Shown here: positions 25,739-40,985 of the stretch, in pieces | Layout: each line of letters opens with the position of its first letter | How positions within the stretch are numbered: the first letter of the stretch is position 1 | Origin: Octopus sinensis | Taxonomy: Eukaryota | Assembly (NCBI RefSeq): GCF_006345805.1 | Contig: NC_043001.1 | Location: 36,146,001-36,210,000, forward strand | Length of the DNA: 64,000 nt | Direction: 5' to 3' | Notes under the pieces: model-generated | Told to the model about the DNA's origin: nothing | Seen by the model: only the letters and a program-made list of their open reading frames with translations | The model's database searches: none | Program-made: the position numbers and the translations under genes

Positions 25739-26703
25739 TATATATATATATATATATATATAGCCTATAGTACACACTCACAAACACACAGGGGCACACA
25801 CACATATATAATATGTGGTGGTGGGGTGTATGACCTTGTAAACATGCATGGAAGTAATTATGCATTAGTAATTAATGAACCCTAAAGTTTGATTAAAGCA
25901 GAGACCACTTTCTTAATTAAATTGTTTAAACCTTGACTCAGTTTATGTCGCTCCAGTTATTATATTCATTGATTTTTAAATTAATTTTCTACATATCCTT
26001 ACTAAGCCATCAATTTATCTCATTAAATTCATGTTAGTTTAGTTTTTTTTTTTTTTTAATTATTTGTCAATCGTCTTAAATTCAACTAATTAATTAAATA
26101 CATACCCTATAATGATTCCAGATTATATCATCTTTATCTCTAAATTCAAACTTGAATAGCCCTCTCTCCATTTTTTTCTTTCTATTCTTAATTATTTCCA
26201 ATTTATACAATTCATTTTGATGTTATCTTATAATATTATGTGCATTCTACTTCGTATTCACTTAGAGACTTAAGTTTTTTCCGAATCATCAGGCGCATTT
26301 GGCTGCAACTTATTTCGGCTTACATGACGTATAAAGCGATCAACCCTGGTTTAATCACCAGCTTCTACTACTTCTCATTTTCAGTTGGGTAAACTGGATA
26401 GAGGAATGGGCATCACTACGGCATTTGCATTCTCGTTCATATTCCTACGTATTCATTTCCGAAAACTTATCACTTAACTTTATTTTGATGTTATGCTGTC
26501 TTTAATTAGTGAATCAACACTTTCAAAATATGATCAACTGATCTCAACAAGAAAATGTAACTTAAACACAAGAATGTTATTAACACAGAATAGTAAGACA
26601 ACGCTGTTGTATATTTACTTATTTTTCACCCATTGGTGTCCAAATCTGATTTATTACCAAAAATCATTTTTTATACAATTTTATCTGATATTGAATATGT
26701 ATA

Positions 26704-27000
26704 GCGGAGACACATGGTCTAGTGGTTAGAGCAGCGGACTCACGGTCGAGGGATCGCGGGTTCGAATCTCAGACCGGGCAATATGTGTGTTTATGAGCGA
26801 AACACCTAAGCCCCACGCGGCTCCGGCAGGTAATGGCGGACTTCTGCTGACTCTTTCGCCACAATTTTCTCTCACTCTTTCCTCTTGCAGTTCACCTCCG
26901 ATGGACCGGCGTCTCGTCCAGGTGGGGAACCTATACGCCAAGGAAACCGGGAAACCGACACTTATGAGCCAGGTGTGGCTCCAGAAGGAACAAATAAACA
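26704..27000 (+). mobile_element. SINE family C
   Basis: cacatggtctagtggttagagcagcggactcacggtcgagggatcgcgggttcgaatc head and shared tail. Confidence 0.9.
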
Positions 27001-27416
27001 AATATATATAAAAAAAATTTATTACAATATTTGAAAGACTCTCCAGTCTTGATGACTAACTAATGAGATTTCAGAAAAGATGTTGCAGAAATAAGATGGA
27101 TTATCCATCTGGCCCTAAAGAAAAAAAAAAGGACTATGGGTGCTAAATATTCATCTTTGTACATTTTATCAAGTACAAGTCTAATTTTGCATGAAAATTG
27201 AGTGATACATTTTTACCAGACGTATTGATTTCAACGTCGTATGTATGTATATGTGCGTGAATGCGTGAATAAACGTTTATGTGAACGAGTGTTCGTATGT
27301 ATGTAAATGTATGCTACCATGTATGGCAAGAGTTAACCAGTTCATAAGAACGTAGGTCACTTAGAATAAAGAACGAGATGTGAGAAGTCTGAATTTGACT
27401 CCAACAAAATATATAC

Positions 27417-27724
27417 TGTGGAGGCGCAATGGCCCTGGTTAGGGCAGCGGACTCGCGGTCAGAGGATCGTGGTTTCGATTCCAAGAGCGGGCGCTGTGTA
27501 TGTTTATTGAGCGAAAACACCTAAAAGCCCCACGATGCTCCGGCAGCGGATGGTGGTGACTCCTGTTTTCCTCTTTCACCACAACTTTCTCTCAGTCTCT
27601 CTTCCTGTTTCTTTGAGTAACGCTGCGATGGACTGGCGTTTCATCCAGCTGGGGGGGGGGCACATACGCCACAGAAACCAGGAAACCGGGCCCATAAGCC
27701 TGGCTAGGCTTGAAAAGAGCGACG
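27417..27724 (+). mobile_element. SINE family C
   Basis: tgtggaggcgcaatggccctggttagggcagcgg head and gcgatggactggcg tail module. Confidence 0.9.
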
Positions 27725-28839
27725 TTTTAAAATATATACTGCTTCACTCGAAGCATGCATACACACAAATATATATGGGTTTGCCAGAACAAACAGTATA
27801 AATAGGACTCAACTGAATCGTAGCACGCCAGACAAATACCAGCTAAGCGGTATTTCGTCCGTCTTTATGTTGAGTTCAAATTCCGCCAAGATCGACTTTT
27901 CTCTTTGTCCTTTCGAGGTCTATGAAATAAGTACCAGTTGAACACTGGGGTTGATGTAATCGACTTAATCCCTCAACCAAAATTACTGGTCTTGTACCAA
28001 AATTTGAAAGCATTATATTAATCTGCAATTAGTTACAAAGTGACTTTTCTAGTAACAAAATTTAACAGTATAACTTTAAATGGTGTTTATAACACGAAAC
28101 CATTTCTCATATTTCTTCTAATATAATTAATAAAATTATTTGCAAATTGCTCAGATAATAATTCATATAAATTTAGTATTAGCATATTATCTGTATTAGT
28201 ATACGTGCGAGCATGTGTGTGTATGTTTGCCTCTTAATGAACCTATGTGTGTGTGCATATGTAATGTGTATATAAAGATGCATTTTAGTATGTTGTGAGC
28301 ACCCTTTTATTCTTTACAATCATTGCATATTTCGTGCGACACCTATACACAAGCCATAAATTAATAGTCACATTTTAAATTCATACACAATAGGCGTAAA
28401 TTTATCTGGCTTTTCTTTTTCTTTATCATATTAAATAAATTGAACATACTACATGGATACGTTGTACAGCTAATCTAAATTTAAATATTTACGAGTATTA
28501 AAATACACATTTTATAGATATCTTTAAAAAACAAAACGTTGACTTTTCACCTTAATCATACAGTGTATAATTTTTTTTTTAAATTCCCAAAAAATCGAAA
28601 TAAAACATTCAAAAAAATTTCAAATTATTCTTCAAATATTATTTTATAATAGAGCTCAACTATGATTTTGTTTTACCTCTTTTCCATAATAATATCCATT
28701 ACTAACGAAAAAACCTTCATTCTGAAATTTATGTGTTTGTATCATTCTCCTAAAGCATTAGAATAACTGGTCGTATATAAAACTTCTCCTAAACTCCTAA
28801 ACATATATATATATATGCAATATACACATATATATATAT

Positions 28840-28879
<40 letters not shown>

Positions 28880-29227
28880 TATATATGCAATATACACACA
28901 CATATATATATATATATATATATGCAATATACACATATATATATATAGATATATATTTACACATATATATATACATACATACATATATACAAACATACAC
29001 ATCTATATATCATACTCAGTTTTTATTTAACTTTTATCCCATGTATGAACTTATCTCATAATTTGGTGTCATGTTAATCACGTAACTGAATGCAACCTAG
29101 CGTGAACCTTAAATACGGCCTTCATTAATAGCTATATCTGTACTTTTACTTAACTCATAGCGAACACTTATTCTACCTTCAGTGGAAAACCTTCCTTGAA
29201 ATCCCCATTATGTTTCAATAAACAGCG

Positions 29228-29677
29228 CGACTGTGTGGTAAGAAGCTTGCTTCCGAACCGCGTGGTTCAGTCGCACTGCATAGCACTTTGGGAAAGTATT
29301 TTCTGCTACATCCTCGGGCTGCTGACAATAGTCTTGTGAGTGGATTTGGTTGACGGAAACTGAAAGTAACTTTCCATATATATATATACATACATATACA
29401 CACACATATATATACATAATTTATTAAGTAAAACAGATGTTTTTTTGTCCCTTCTCGAGCCATGCCTGGCTCATAAGGGCCGGTTTCCTGGTTTCTTGGC
29501 GTATAGGTTCCCCACCTGGACAGGACGCCGGTCCGTCGCAGGTGAGCCTTCTGCCGGAGCTGCGTGGAGCTTAGGTGTTTTGCTCATAAACACAAACATC
29601 GCCCGGTCTGAGATTCGAACCCGCGATCCCTCGACCGTCAGTCCACTGCTCTAACCACTAGGCCATGTGCCTCCACA
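29228..29677. mobile_element. SINE A 5' half (+, 29228-29400) and internally deleted SINE C (-, 29445-29677)
   Basis: Both match family consensus segments seen elsewhere in the window. Confidence 0.8.
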
Positions 29678-29688
29678 AAACGGAAGAT

Positions 29689-29922
29689 GGATTTGGTATT
29701 AGTCTTTATTTTATATGACGATCGTTTCGACACATCCTGCTACTGTCCCTCATGGGTGGGATTCTATGCATCATGTTGTGTTGCATCCATTTATGTACCT
29801 GATGTGACACACACTGCAAAATGGATGCAACACAGAATGATGCTTAGAATCCCACTCATAAGGGACAGTAGCAAGATGTGTCGAAACGACCGTCGTACAA
29901 CATAAGGACTAATATCAAATCC
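29689..29922. repeat. ~105-bp-arm imperfect inverted repeat (fold-back)
   Basis: 29689-29792 mirrors 29818-29922, with a ~25-nt loop. Confidence 0.9.
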
Positions 29923-30181
29923 TTTTGTTTATTGAATCAATTATTATTATTATTATCTCAACCAACACTGCGGAATTCCTGAAGTTGATGCAACGGAAAT
30001 ATAAGCCAACTGCGGATGGCACCAGGTAGCCCAAACCGTGCCAGTGCTCAGCTCAACACATCAACGCTCTAATCGACATATACCCATTAGTCCACAATAT
30101 TACATAAGTATATGGATATATGCATATATGTGTATATGGATATATATATATATATATGCACATACATATATATATCCATAA

Positions 30182-30226
<45 letters not shown>

Positions 30227-30253
30227 TCCATATATATATACATATATCCATAT

Positions 30254-30294
<41 letters not shown>

Positions 30295-31184
30295 CCATAT
30301 ATATATACATATATCCATAAATACATATATATATACATATATCCATAAATACATATATATATACATATATACACATATATGTATACATATACATATATAG
30401 ATATATGTACATATTCATATACCTATATATGTATATATATATATATATATATTAAGGTATATGTGTGTGTACCTTAAGGAAGTCAGTCCTGGAAGTATTT
30501 AATAAAAAAATAAATTATGAAATGAATACAGCTAAAATCTTTTGAATTACGTCAGTCCCATCTCTGCAATTGTCAGAAGAATAATGAACAGGGAAATGAA
30601 ATATTGTGTATGTGAAAAACGTAAAGGGTTTGACAAAGAGGATACAAAAAAGAACCACATTTTATGAAATTGAGAATTGCAATTCTATTCGTAAGATTAT
30701 ATATTTCAGTAAAATTAATTTTATGGTTATGTCGCTTTGAAAAACGTTTTTACTAAGAGAAACCACTCTTATTGTTACTTATACTAAAATTTTCTTCAGT
30801 TAGATGAAGTAAGCAAACTAGAAATTTAGAAGAAAAACGGAATACTGAATGATTCAGAATTATAGTAAGAAAGAGTTCATACTGTTTCCAGTTTTCATAT
30901 TATAAATTTTTGCTTGCCGAGAGTTGGCTTTAAAAAATATGAGATTCCGAGATGCACAGCATGCAATACTTGTACGGTTTGGCGAAGCAATTTTACTCTA
31001 CTTGGTTGCAAAGTTTATTTCTTATTTTTGTGCCTCTGATTCTAAATGGATTGCGAAATAAATGAAGATGCTGAGTCCAAAAATGTTGAATGAATCCGAA
31101 GTGTGTCCAAATATGATGTCAAAATATCGATGATGTCAAAATATCGATGCTAACACGAAATATAATACTTTTGGGTGTATAAAT

Positions 31185-31804
31185 TATTTCTTTACTACCC
31201 ACAAGGAGCTAAACACAGAGAGGACAAACAAGGACAGACAAAGGGATTAAGTCGATTATATCGACCCCAGTGCGTAACTGGTACTTATTTAATCGACCCC
31301 GAAAGGATGAAAGGCAAAGTTGACCTCGGCGGAATTTGCACTCAGAACGTAGCGGCAGACGAAATACCTATTTCTTTATTATCCGCAAGGGGCTAAACAC
31401 AGAGGGGACATACAAGGACAGACATAGGTATTAAGTCGATTAAATCGACCCCAGTGCGTAACTGGTACTTAATTTATCGACCCCGAAAGGATGAAAGGCA
31501 AAGTCGACCTCGGCGGAATTTGAACTCAGAACGTAGCGGCAGACGAAATACAGCTACGCATTTCGCCCGGCGCGCTAACGTTTCTGCCAGCTCGCCGCCG
31601 TTTCACGGAGAGGACAAACAAGGACAGACAAACGGATTAAGTCGATTATATCGACCCCAGTGCGTAACTGGTTCTTATTTTATCGACTCCGAAAGGATGA
31701 AAGGCAAAGTCGACCTCAGCGGAATTTGAACTTAGAACGTAACGGCAGACGAAACCGCTAAGCATTTCACCCGCCGCGCTAACGTTTCTGCCAGCTCGCC
31801 GCCT
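31185..31804 (-). mobile_element. SINE family B trimer with a 16-bp TSD
   Basis: TSD tacttttgggtgtata at 31166-31181 and 31805-31820. Confidence 0.9.
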
Positions 31805-32405
31805 TACTTTTGGGTGTATACAGTTAAGATATGGCAGATTTTGAATAACAGCGTTGTCGACTGTTCAAGATGCAGTGGAGTTGATTAACGGACAAATATC
31901 GTTTTTATTCAAAGTCAACCACATTCAAACTCTAATTCTGGCCGGAGAAGATTTTGAAACAATTTGAAAAAAATTTTACTAAGGTTGTTAAAACTTATTG
32001 GTTGAAGAGAAGACTAAACCAGTTTATGTTCCAATATTTTGTTCTATATTAGTATCATTTGGTAGCGGAATGCTTCTTTCTAAATACTTCACTTTATTAC
32101 AAGAAACACCACGATGGCAAGTATAATTGGAAACATCATATTACTTTTTCATTAGAAGAGTAGAACTGCAAATGAATACATTTAAGAAGCTTGTTTAAAC
32201 TTTATTATATGAAACCTCCCGGGACTGTCCCTGTTTCTCTGAAACAAAATTCCTGTTTAAATATGATCTAATTGAAAACAGAGCGTTTAATTTCGTGTTA
32301 ATTTATCTTCCAAACGCTAGCTTATGAATAAAGTTATTTCACTGAATTCTTCATTATTTAAAAAAAATTATTGAAATATAGTTCGTGTAATCTAGGAGAA
32401 ATATA

Positions 32406-32792
32406 CTCTTTTACTTGTTTCAGTCATTTGACTGCGGCCATGCTGGAGCACCGCCTTTAATCGAGCAACTCAACCCCGAGACTTATTCTTTGTAAGCCCA
32501 GTACTTATTCTATCGGTCTCTTTTGCCGAACTGCTAAGTGACAGGGACATAAACACACCAGCATCGATTGCCAAGCAATGCTAGGGGGACAGACACACAA
32601 ACACATACACACACATATATATATACATATATACGACGGGCTTCTTTCAGTTTCCGTCTACCAAATCTACTCACAAGGCTTTGGTCGGCCCGAGGCTATA
32701 GTAGAAGACACTTGCCCAAGGTGCCACGCAGTGGGACTGAACCCGGAACCATGTGGTTGGTAAACAAGCTACTTACCACACAGCCACTCCTG
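32406..32792 (-). mobile_element. SINE family A, full-length
   Basis: caggagtggctgtgtggtaagtagcttg head through ...gactgaaacaagtaaaaga tail. Confidence 0.9.
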
Positions 32793-32839
32793 ATTACAAA
32801 GAAGTTAAATATTTGTTGGGTGTTATATTATTCTACTGT

Positions 32840-33075
32840 GGGGGGCGCGTGGCTTAGTGGCTAGGGTGTCGGCACCATGTTCGTAAGATTGTGGTTTCGA
32901 TTTCTGGACCGGGCGACGCGTTGTGTTCTTGAACAAAATACTTCATTTCACGTTGCTCCAGTCCACTCAGCTGGCAAAAATGATAAAGCTGCGATGGACT
33001 GACATCCCGTCCAGCTGGGGAACACATACGCCACAGAAACCGGGAAGCCGGGCCCGTGAGCCTGGCTAGGCTTTA
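32840..33075 (+). mobile_element. SINE mosaic: D-type central domain with a C-type tail
   Basis: ttgtgttcttgaacaaaatacttcatttcacgttgctccagtccactcagctgg followed by gcgatggactgacatcccgtccagctgggg...gagcctggctagg. Confidence 0.8.
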
Positions 33076-33489
33076 TTATTATTATATATTATTATATATT
33101 CTTCTACAGCCCGGACCGACCAAAGCCGTGTGAGCAGATTAGATAGACCGAAGCAGAAGTAAGGCTTGTCGTGCGCACACATGTATGTGTATTTAGGTAT
33201 GTGTCTATATGAACTTGCCTGTGAGTGTAGATTTCTTCGAATCTCGCGTGATGCTTTATTTCTCCTATTAATAAACCATCGTGCGCTGGCTTTGCAGTAG
33301 CGAAAAAGTGCGAAAAATGGCATTCTTACTTTAAAATAGGTAAAGATTACCAACAGCAAGAGCATGCCGCGGTAAGGCAATGAATTCCTCTATAAGGCAT
33401 TCGCTAAACCCATGGCAGTATGCAAAAACTGACTTAAAAACAAATGAACGTGCAACCGAAGCTCTCTTTCTTTCTCCCATATATATGTG

Positions 33490-34020
<531 letters not shown>

Positions 34021-34262
34021 TATATCATGTGTGTGTGTGTGTATGTGTGGTTGAGTTAATTGTTTGTGGTTGGATGTGAGAGCTTCTGTGTCAGGGTAAC
34101 TAGGTACGCTGCGGGGCGTGAGCAAACATACGTTTATGATTGCCAAGTTTTTGTATGCATTCATCTTTTAAATAAATAGAAGTGTGGGCCACGTAATGAT
34201 TGTGTTCGTAAAATAAGACATATGTTTTTGAAAATTCTCTGTATTTCAGTATGAAAGTGTTT

Positions 34263-34331
<69 letters not shown>

Positions 34332-34627
34332 TGCGCGCACTTGTGTGTGTTCGTGAACTCGCGTACTTCTACGTATGCATTTGAAGTCCGATTGTGCAAA
34401 CGTGTAAAGACGTATAATGAAAGTAAATATAATTTTCTATACACATGGCATATGTATAATGAACCAAGTTTGTGTAAATATTTTATAAACGACACCGACC
34501 AGCTCTACAAGATAGGAAATAATTGTATGCGGCGCAAAGTATACTTGTCACTCGCTATCTGAATGTATGTAGCTATGTCATTTTATGTTTGTGCCACAAT
34601 GTACACATATATATGCGTGTTTCTATG

Positions 34628-34675
<48 letters not shown>

Positions 34676-35104
34676 AAGTGGGGTGTTTGTGAATGTGTGC
34701 ATGTAGGTATGTATGCAAGTATGTATAGGTTTTGGTTGGGAAGTTGAGTTTACAATTGTACAATTAATTAGATGTATATTTTTTCTTTCTTTCGCTTTAC
34801 TATGTTGAGGCTCTTGAATCTGTCAAAATTCCTGCTTGTTGAAAAATATATATGACGTGAAATGTCATTCCCATCTGCTGCCATCTTCGCTGGAATCTTT
34901 CTTGTTATAAAATCATTCTCGAACATTTTCGGTCTACTACCCATTTGATAGCCCATCTGTACCTTGATTTACAATGTTATAATACTAACTATATTGTGCC
35001 ATATCTAGCTTAATGTTACCTCAGGAAAATGACCTTCAAGTCTCAGGTCGACTGAATAAAATTCGATCGGTGAAAAATTTGTGTCAACGAGCAAAGGTAT
35101 AAGC

Positions 35105-35660
35105 AGGGCGGCATGCTGGCAGAAACGTTAGCACGCCGGGCGAAATGCTTAGCAGTATTTCGTCTGCCGCTACGCTCTGAGTTCAAATTCCGCCTTTCAT
35201 CCTTTTGGGGTCGATAAATTAAGTACCAGTTACGCACTGGGCTCGATGTAATCGACTTAATCCGTTTGTCTGTCCTTGTTTGTCCTCTCTGTGTTTAGCC
35301 CCTTGTGGGTAGTAAAGAAATAGATATAAGCACAGAATAATAAGTAGTGTGTGTGGAGGCGCAATGCCCTAGCGGTTAGGGCAGCGGACTCGCGGTCGGA
35401 GGATCGCAGTTTTGATTCCCAGACCGGGCGTTGTGTGTGTTTATTGAGCGAAAACACCTAAAAGCTCCACGATGCTCCGGCAGGGGGTGGTGGCGACCCC
35501 TGTTGTACACTTTTTCCACAACTTTCTCTCACTCTCCCTTCCTGTTTCTTGAGTAACGCTGCGATGGACTGGCGTCCCGTCCAGCTGGGGGGAACACATA
35601 CGCCACAGAAACCGGGAAACCGGGCCCATGAGCCTAGCTATGCTTGAAAAGGGCGAAAAG
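35105..35660 (+). mobile_element. Adjacent SINE B (35105-35325) and SINE C (35352-35660)
   Basis: Family-diagnostic heads and tails; the SINE B is flanked by tataagca. Confidence 0.85.
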
Positions 35661-36553
35661 AAATAAGTGTACAACACAGTAACAAAATAATATAACAGAA
35701 TGACAATAATAACAATAACAGAACAAATAAGTGGAAAAGTGGAACCGTTGTAGCTGCTTTATGTCTTAATACTTACTCCATAGCCCTTTTGTGTTAATAA
35801 ACCTTCACCAGATGGGCTCATTTGTGTGAGTTATTATAAATTAGGGGCCGTAAATACGGGGATAACTTCTTTACTGATCAGAGGTTCTAAATATGTGCTT
35901 GTACATTTCCAACACCTCCCCGCATTTCAACTAATGATGTCTCCTTCTGCAACTCAGAGGTTTACACCATCTGTGTATCTCACCAAGACGTGATTTTGTA
36001 TTTCTTTGGTATGTTGATCTATGCTGAAATACTGCACTACGTGATATTGCTTTGTAAAGGGGTTATGCTATTCTGGCGTCTAACTGTCATTTGACAATGT
36101 AATTTACTGCCGTCTGGTGATTCACTCTGAATTATTTTAACAACGATTTAGGTGGCGGCTTTCTTGAACATTATTGTGCTGGCATCAGAACAGGTATTGT
36201 CTAAAAGAGTATAAGCACACCTTGCTGTTCTGACAATAGTATTAGAACTTCTAAGACTGCAGTTTAATCGATTTTCTATCAGCTCTTCATAGTCCGACAG
36301 GTTGATAAAATCAGAATTTTGTAGCTCGTTTTATCTTTTTGTCGCTTTTCTATCATTCTTTCTGTCGCCATCATTGTCACTATAGCCTGGTGGCACCGTT
36401 AACGGCTGGTTTTTGCATTTGCCTATATAAAGCGGCTTGTTGCCTCCATGAACCACCATTACTTAAACGTTTTTTTTTTTCTTTTTCGTGTATGAAGCTT
36501 GTTTACCAACATAGTATCATCGCTTCTGGCCATGCTACCGGCGAGTTAGTTTC

Positions 36554-36868
36554 TGTTGTTTGCTGTTAGTTCCTTCTCGAGCCATGCCTGTCTCATAAGG
36601 GCCGGTTTCCCGGTTTCTTTGGCATACATGCTCCCCACCTGGACGGGACGCCGGTCCGTCGCAGGCGAGCTGCAAGATGCAGGAGGAAAGAGTGGGAGAA
36701 AGCTGTGGCGAAAGAGTCAGCAGAAGTTCGCCACTACCTTCTGTCGGAGCCGCGTGGAGCTTAGGTGTTTCGCTCATAAACACACACACCACCCGGTGTG
36801 ATATTCGAACCCGCGATTCCTCGACTGCGAGCCCGCTGCTCTAACTACTAGGCCATGTGCTTCCACAT
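36554..36868 (-). mobile_element. SINE family C with a 10-bp TSD
   Basis: gttagtttct at 36544-36553 and 36869-36878. Confidence 0.9.
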
Positions 36869-37994
36869 GTTAGTTTCTAGATTGGTAAGGATGCGGAAAC
36901 CGGATGGAGAATGATGACTAGCTTTGCTTTTTTCTCCTAGAACTGAATAAGGGCCCAGCATGAAAGGAAGAGAGTGATAATATTGGTATCAAAGTATTTT
37001 AGCCTTGCCTGTCCTCTTAGCTATAACTGTAGCTGGGAGAGGAGAGATTAGCATGCGGGGAAAATGCTGGTCTTGCACATACCTACACAAAGACTTGTGC
37101 TTTGGAAACTATTCTGGTGCAGATATACAATTAAAAAGGTCAACTTAGGCAACTTTTGAACCAATAACGTCAAGGTTTGAAGTATTCTAACCTGCTACTT
37201 TTTCTTCCACTCTGTTGCTTTCATATTAATGTAATACTGGTTTTATTTTTCGGGAACGTTGAAAGAGATGGTATTTTCAAATACTTAATATGTAAAGTAT
37301 GCTCACAGTACATCTTGCAAATCAATTATGGGTGTAAAATTGAATTTTCATCAACCGTAAATGGAAACCGGGTCACTGACATTCATTGACAAAGAGGTAG
37401 ATTCTTGCACTCTACTGTTTGACTCCAAAACATGTTTGCTTCTGAAGTCTAGATATGAAGTCCATATATTGTAAAAGAGGGAAATAGAAAGTGTCACATT
37501 TTTCTCTTTCTCAATGAGTGGTGTTGGCGATGTAAGTGAAATAAATTAGCTTCATCCGCGAGTTGAAACTGCAACGTGTGATCTAACCGTTAGGCATATC
37601 AAAATGATCTTATTACTTATACATATTACAGACAGGCAGACAGACAGACATACATACATACAGACAGACAGACAGAAAGGCAGACAGAAAGACAGACAGA
37701 AAGGCAGGCAGAAAAACAGACAGAAAGGCAGGCAGGTAGACAGACAGACAGACAGACAGACAAATAGACAGAAGAACAGACAGATAGATAGAGAGAGAGA
37801 GAGAGAGGGGGGAGATAGATAGATAGATAGATAGAAGTAGGATGGTGAACGATCAAGTGAGAACGATGTACAGAAGGTAATAAAGAAAGAAAGAAAAAAG
37901 AAAGAAAGAAAGAAAGAAAAAGGAATATGGATGAGATGAAGGATACAAAAAAGATGGTGAAGAGGAAATAGCACAGAGTTAGTATGAATATGTA

Positions 37995-38034
<40 letters not shown>

Positions 38035-39659
38035 GAAGAGGGAAAAGAATTGAGAACGATGACATAGTTGGAAAAGAATGAAATTAAAACAAAATTAAAT
38101 GTGGAAGTGAATAATACTTAGGCTATTTAATTGTTGATGGCGATGATGACAATGAAGGCGACGTCGTAAGACAACCGTTATTTTAGAATGTGTCTACATT
38201 AAAATATTTGGGAAAATCCAGAGTAAAATTCAGTGAGATAAATTCGTACTTGGATTATAAGAGGATTAGAGAATAATATTTTAAGTAGGATTGAAAAAAA
38301 AAAAAAAAATGAAATAATTTTAAAAATAGTTTTCTCAGTAAGCAAAATATGGAATGCACTGTGAATAGCCAACAGCAATACGTTCCATATGTTGAAAAAC
38401 ATAATTATTTCTGCATATGTAATTGGTACTGGGTAAATATAGAAACAGTTTTGGGGAGGTGACTTAGGAAAAGGTCAATGAAATAGAATACAGACAAAAG
38501 ATCAACATCAAATGTATTCTATATACGAATATAAATTTAATCTTGCTGTGAGTCGTATAGTCTTACATAGAATTAATTCATTATACAATTATACAATGCA
38601 TTTGATATCATTTCTAAAACCTAATTATCTTTAAGTTTATGAGTTCTTTTACGAATTACTGTTATTTATTCAACCTCTCCCGCTAAAATTTGAAACCATT
38701 ATTTTATCACATGTCATGACAGCCCTGCAGAAACCTCCAAGAGACAAATAAGACTTTAGAATGTTTCTAAAAATATCTCTCTTTTCAATTTTTTCTGCGT
38801 TTTTTTAGGAATACTGGAAAATTTGAAGAATACGAAATATTTGAACTAAAATTATACCCCCTAAAAATAAGTAGATCCTTGACATTAGCAAACTTGATGA
38901 AGCCCATACATTTCATAATGCCACTGGTCGAATAGATATTGGCTTTAAAATTTGGCACAAGGCCAGCAATTTTGAGGAGGGGGGAAAAAGTCGATGACGT
39001 CAACCCCAGTGCTCAACTGGCATTTATTTTATCGACCCCGAAAGGGTGAAAGATGAAGTCGACGCTGGCGGAATTTGAACTTGGAAAGTAAAGACAAACG
39101 AAATGCCGCTAAGCATTTTGCCCGGCGTGCTAACGATTCTGCTAGTTCGTTACTCTATAGGTAGAATAACTATTACTGACAAATCGCTATTATGACAACA
39201 CTCGCCCTTCATCAGAGGAAGGCACAGTCTCGAAACGTCAGACCTCTTTTCTTAACCACAGCGTATAAGACTTGTATCCAAAATAGCGAAGAGTCTCACA
39301 CTTTCCGGCCGCTGAAATTTAATTTCCATTTATTTGGTCGGAACAAAAGAGAACCTGTCGAATTGAAATCCTTTCTCGAATGTTAAAATTTGACATCCAT
39401 CCTTCTTAAACAAGAAAAACTATAGCATATGAAATCATTTGAAAGTAGTTGCATTGTATGTATGATATTTAAATATATATGCATAAGTGTCTGTGTATAA
39501 TATCAAACATTATAAAATTAACGGTGGAGAAACAAAACATAATAACTGATTATATTATAAATATTTTTTTAAAAATGATTCTAAGTATAACACAAAGAAT
39601 AAATTGTTTTACTTTCCATGGTAAGGAATCTCAATAACTTCAACGTTCTAAATTATACC

Positions 39660-40075
39660 TGTTTCTTTACTACCCACAAGGGGCTAAACACAGAGAGGAC
39701 AAACAAGGACAGACAAACGGATTAAGTCGATTATATCGACCCCAGCGCGTAACTGGTACTTATTTAATTGATCCCGAAAGAATGAAAGGCAAAGTCGACC
39801 TCGGCGGAATTTGAACTCAGGACGTAGCAGCAGGCGAAATACCTATTTCTTTACTATCCACAATGGGTTAAACACAGAGAGGACAAACAAGGACAGACAA
39901 ATGGATTAAGTCAATTATATCGACCCCAGTGCGTAACTGGTACTTATTTAATCGACCCCGAAAGGATGAAAAGCAAAGTCGACCTCGGCGGAATTTGAAC
40001 TCAGAACGTAGCGACAGACGAAATACTGCTAAGCATTTCGACCGGCGTGTTAACGATTCTGCCAGCTCGCCGCCT
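39660..40075 (-). mobile_element. SINE family B dimer with a 21-bp TSD (1 mismatch)
   Basis: ttcaacgttctaa(a/t)ttatacc at 39639-39659 and 40076-40096. Confidence 0.9.
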
Positions 40076-40162
40076 TTCAACGTTCTAATTTATACCGTCT
40101 ATAAAAGGTTGCCTAGAAAAGTGAGTGAGAAAGTGTATGTGCGGTCAACTCTATTCGCCCGT

Positions 40163-40209
<47 letters not shown>

Positions 40210-40740
40210 GGGGGGACGAAGTGAGCTTAAAATTCCATTACAGTTTTTGACTATCCCTTTTCTTGGATCCTCTCTATTTTATCCCAAAGTACTTCCCTCC
40301 CGGTATGTTATTAATTTTCTTTAAGGCAAAATGATTCTGTATATGAGTGCAAAACTTTTGAAAACATTCCTTAGAAAAAAGTGATGTTGTTCAAGCCAAA
40401 CAAAATATTGCCGATTATCGATATAAATTTACGAATTTTCCAGATGGCTGTGTGGTTAAGATGTTCTCTCTGCGACCAAGTGGGTTTCCACTTCAGTCCC
40501 ACAAAGCGGCACCTTTTGAAAGTGCCTTCTACCAAAGCTCTTCAGTGTATTTGGTTGACAAAAAATGTAAGGAATGCTGTAGAGCACACACACACATATA
40601 TATATGGGGGGTGTGTGTGTCTGTGTGCATATATATAAAGTGACGAAAATATTTTGACAAATTAAATTTAAATGTTGAAGTGAATCTAACGGTTTTTGTG
40701 TGTTTCTTAAATGGCTTATAAACACCTTCCACGTTGCAAT

Positions 40741-40794
<54 letters not shown>

Positions 40795-40799
<5 letters not shown>

Positions 40800-40985
40800 G
40801 GAAAGTTTACGAAAATAAACAAAAGACGAAGGCAGGTGGTGTACAAACAAACAAATGTATTAGTATATCGCTCAGGAATAGAAAAAGTCTTTTACGTTTC
40901 GAGCCTACGCTCTTCCACAGAAAGATACAAGGAGAGAAACAAGGAGAGAAAAAAATGAATGTGGTAGCTAACGATCTATCATACA
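40795..40985 (-). mobile_element. HHR-bearing repeat family H1, apparently nested in a SINE A (5' part ~40444-40630, tail ~41000-41175); motif at 40888-40925
   Basis: Reverse complement reads UCUUU CUGUGGA A GAGC GUAG GCUC GAAAC GUA AAAGA; ends at (TA)n. Confidence 0.7.

Noticed and set aside
26383-26447. Possible small host exon (tttcag|ttgggtaaactgg...ctac|gtattc)
   Set aside because: Only splice-like dinucleotides and a short open frame; no recognisable protein and no partner exons.
26704-26780. tRNA-like sequences with A and B boxes (many copies)
   Set aside because: They continue into SINE bodies and lack a paired acceptor stem and a T-run terminator, so they are SINE heads rather than tRNA genes.
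31185-31804. Regularly spaced repeats resembling a CRISPR array
   Set aside because: The units are ~200-bp SINE bodies with no unique spacers or cas genes, in a eukaryotic context.
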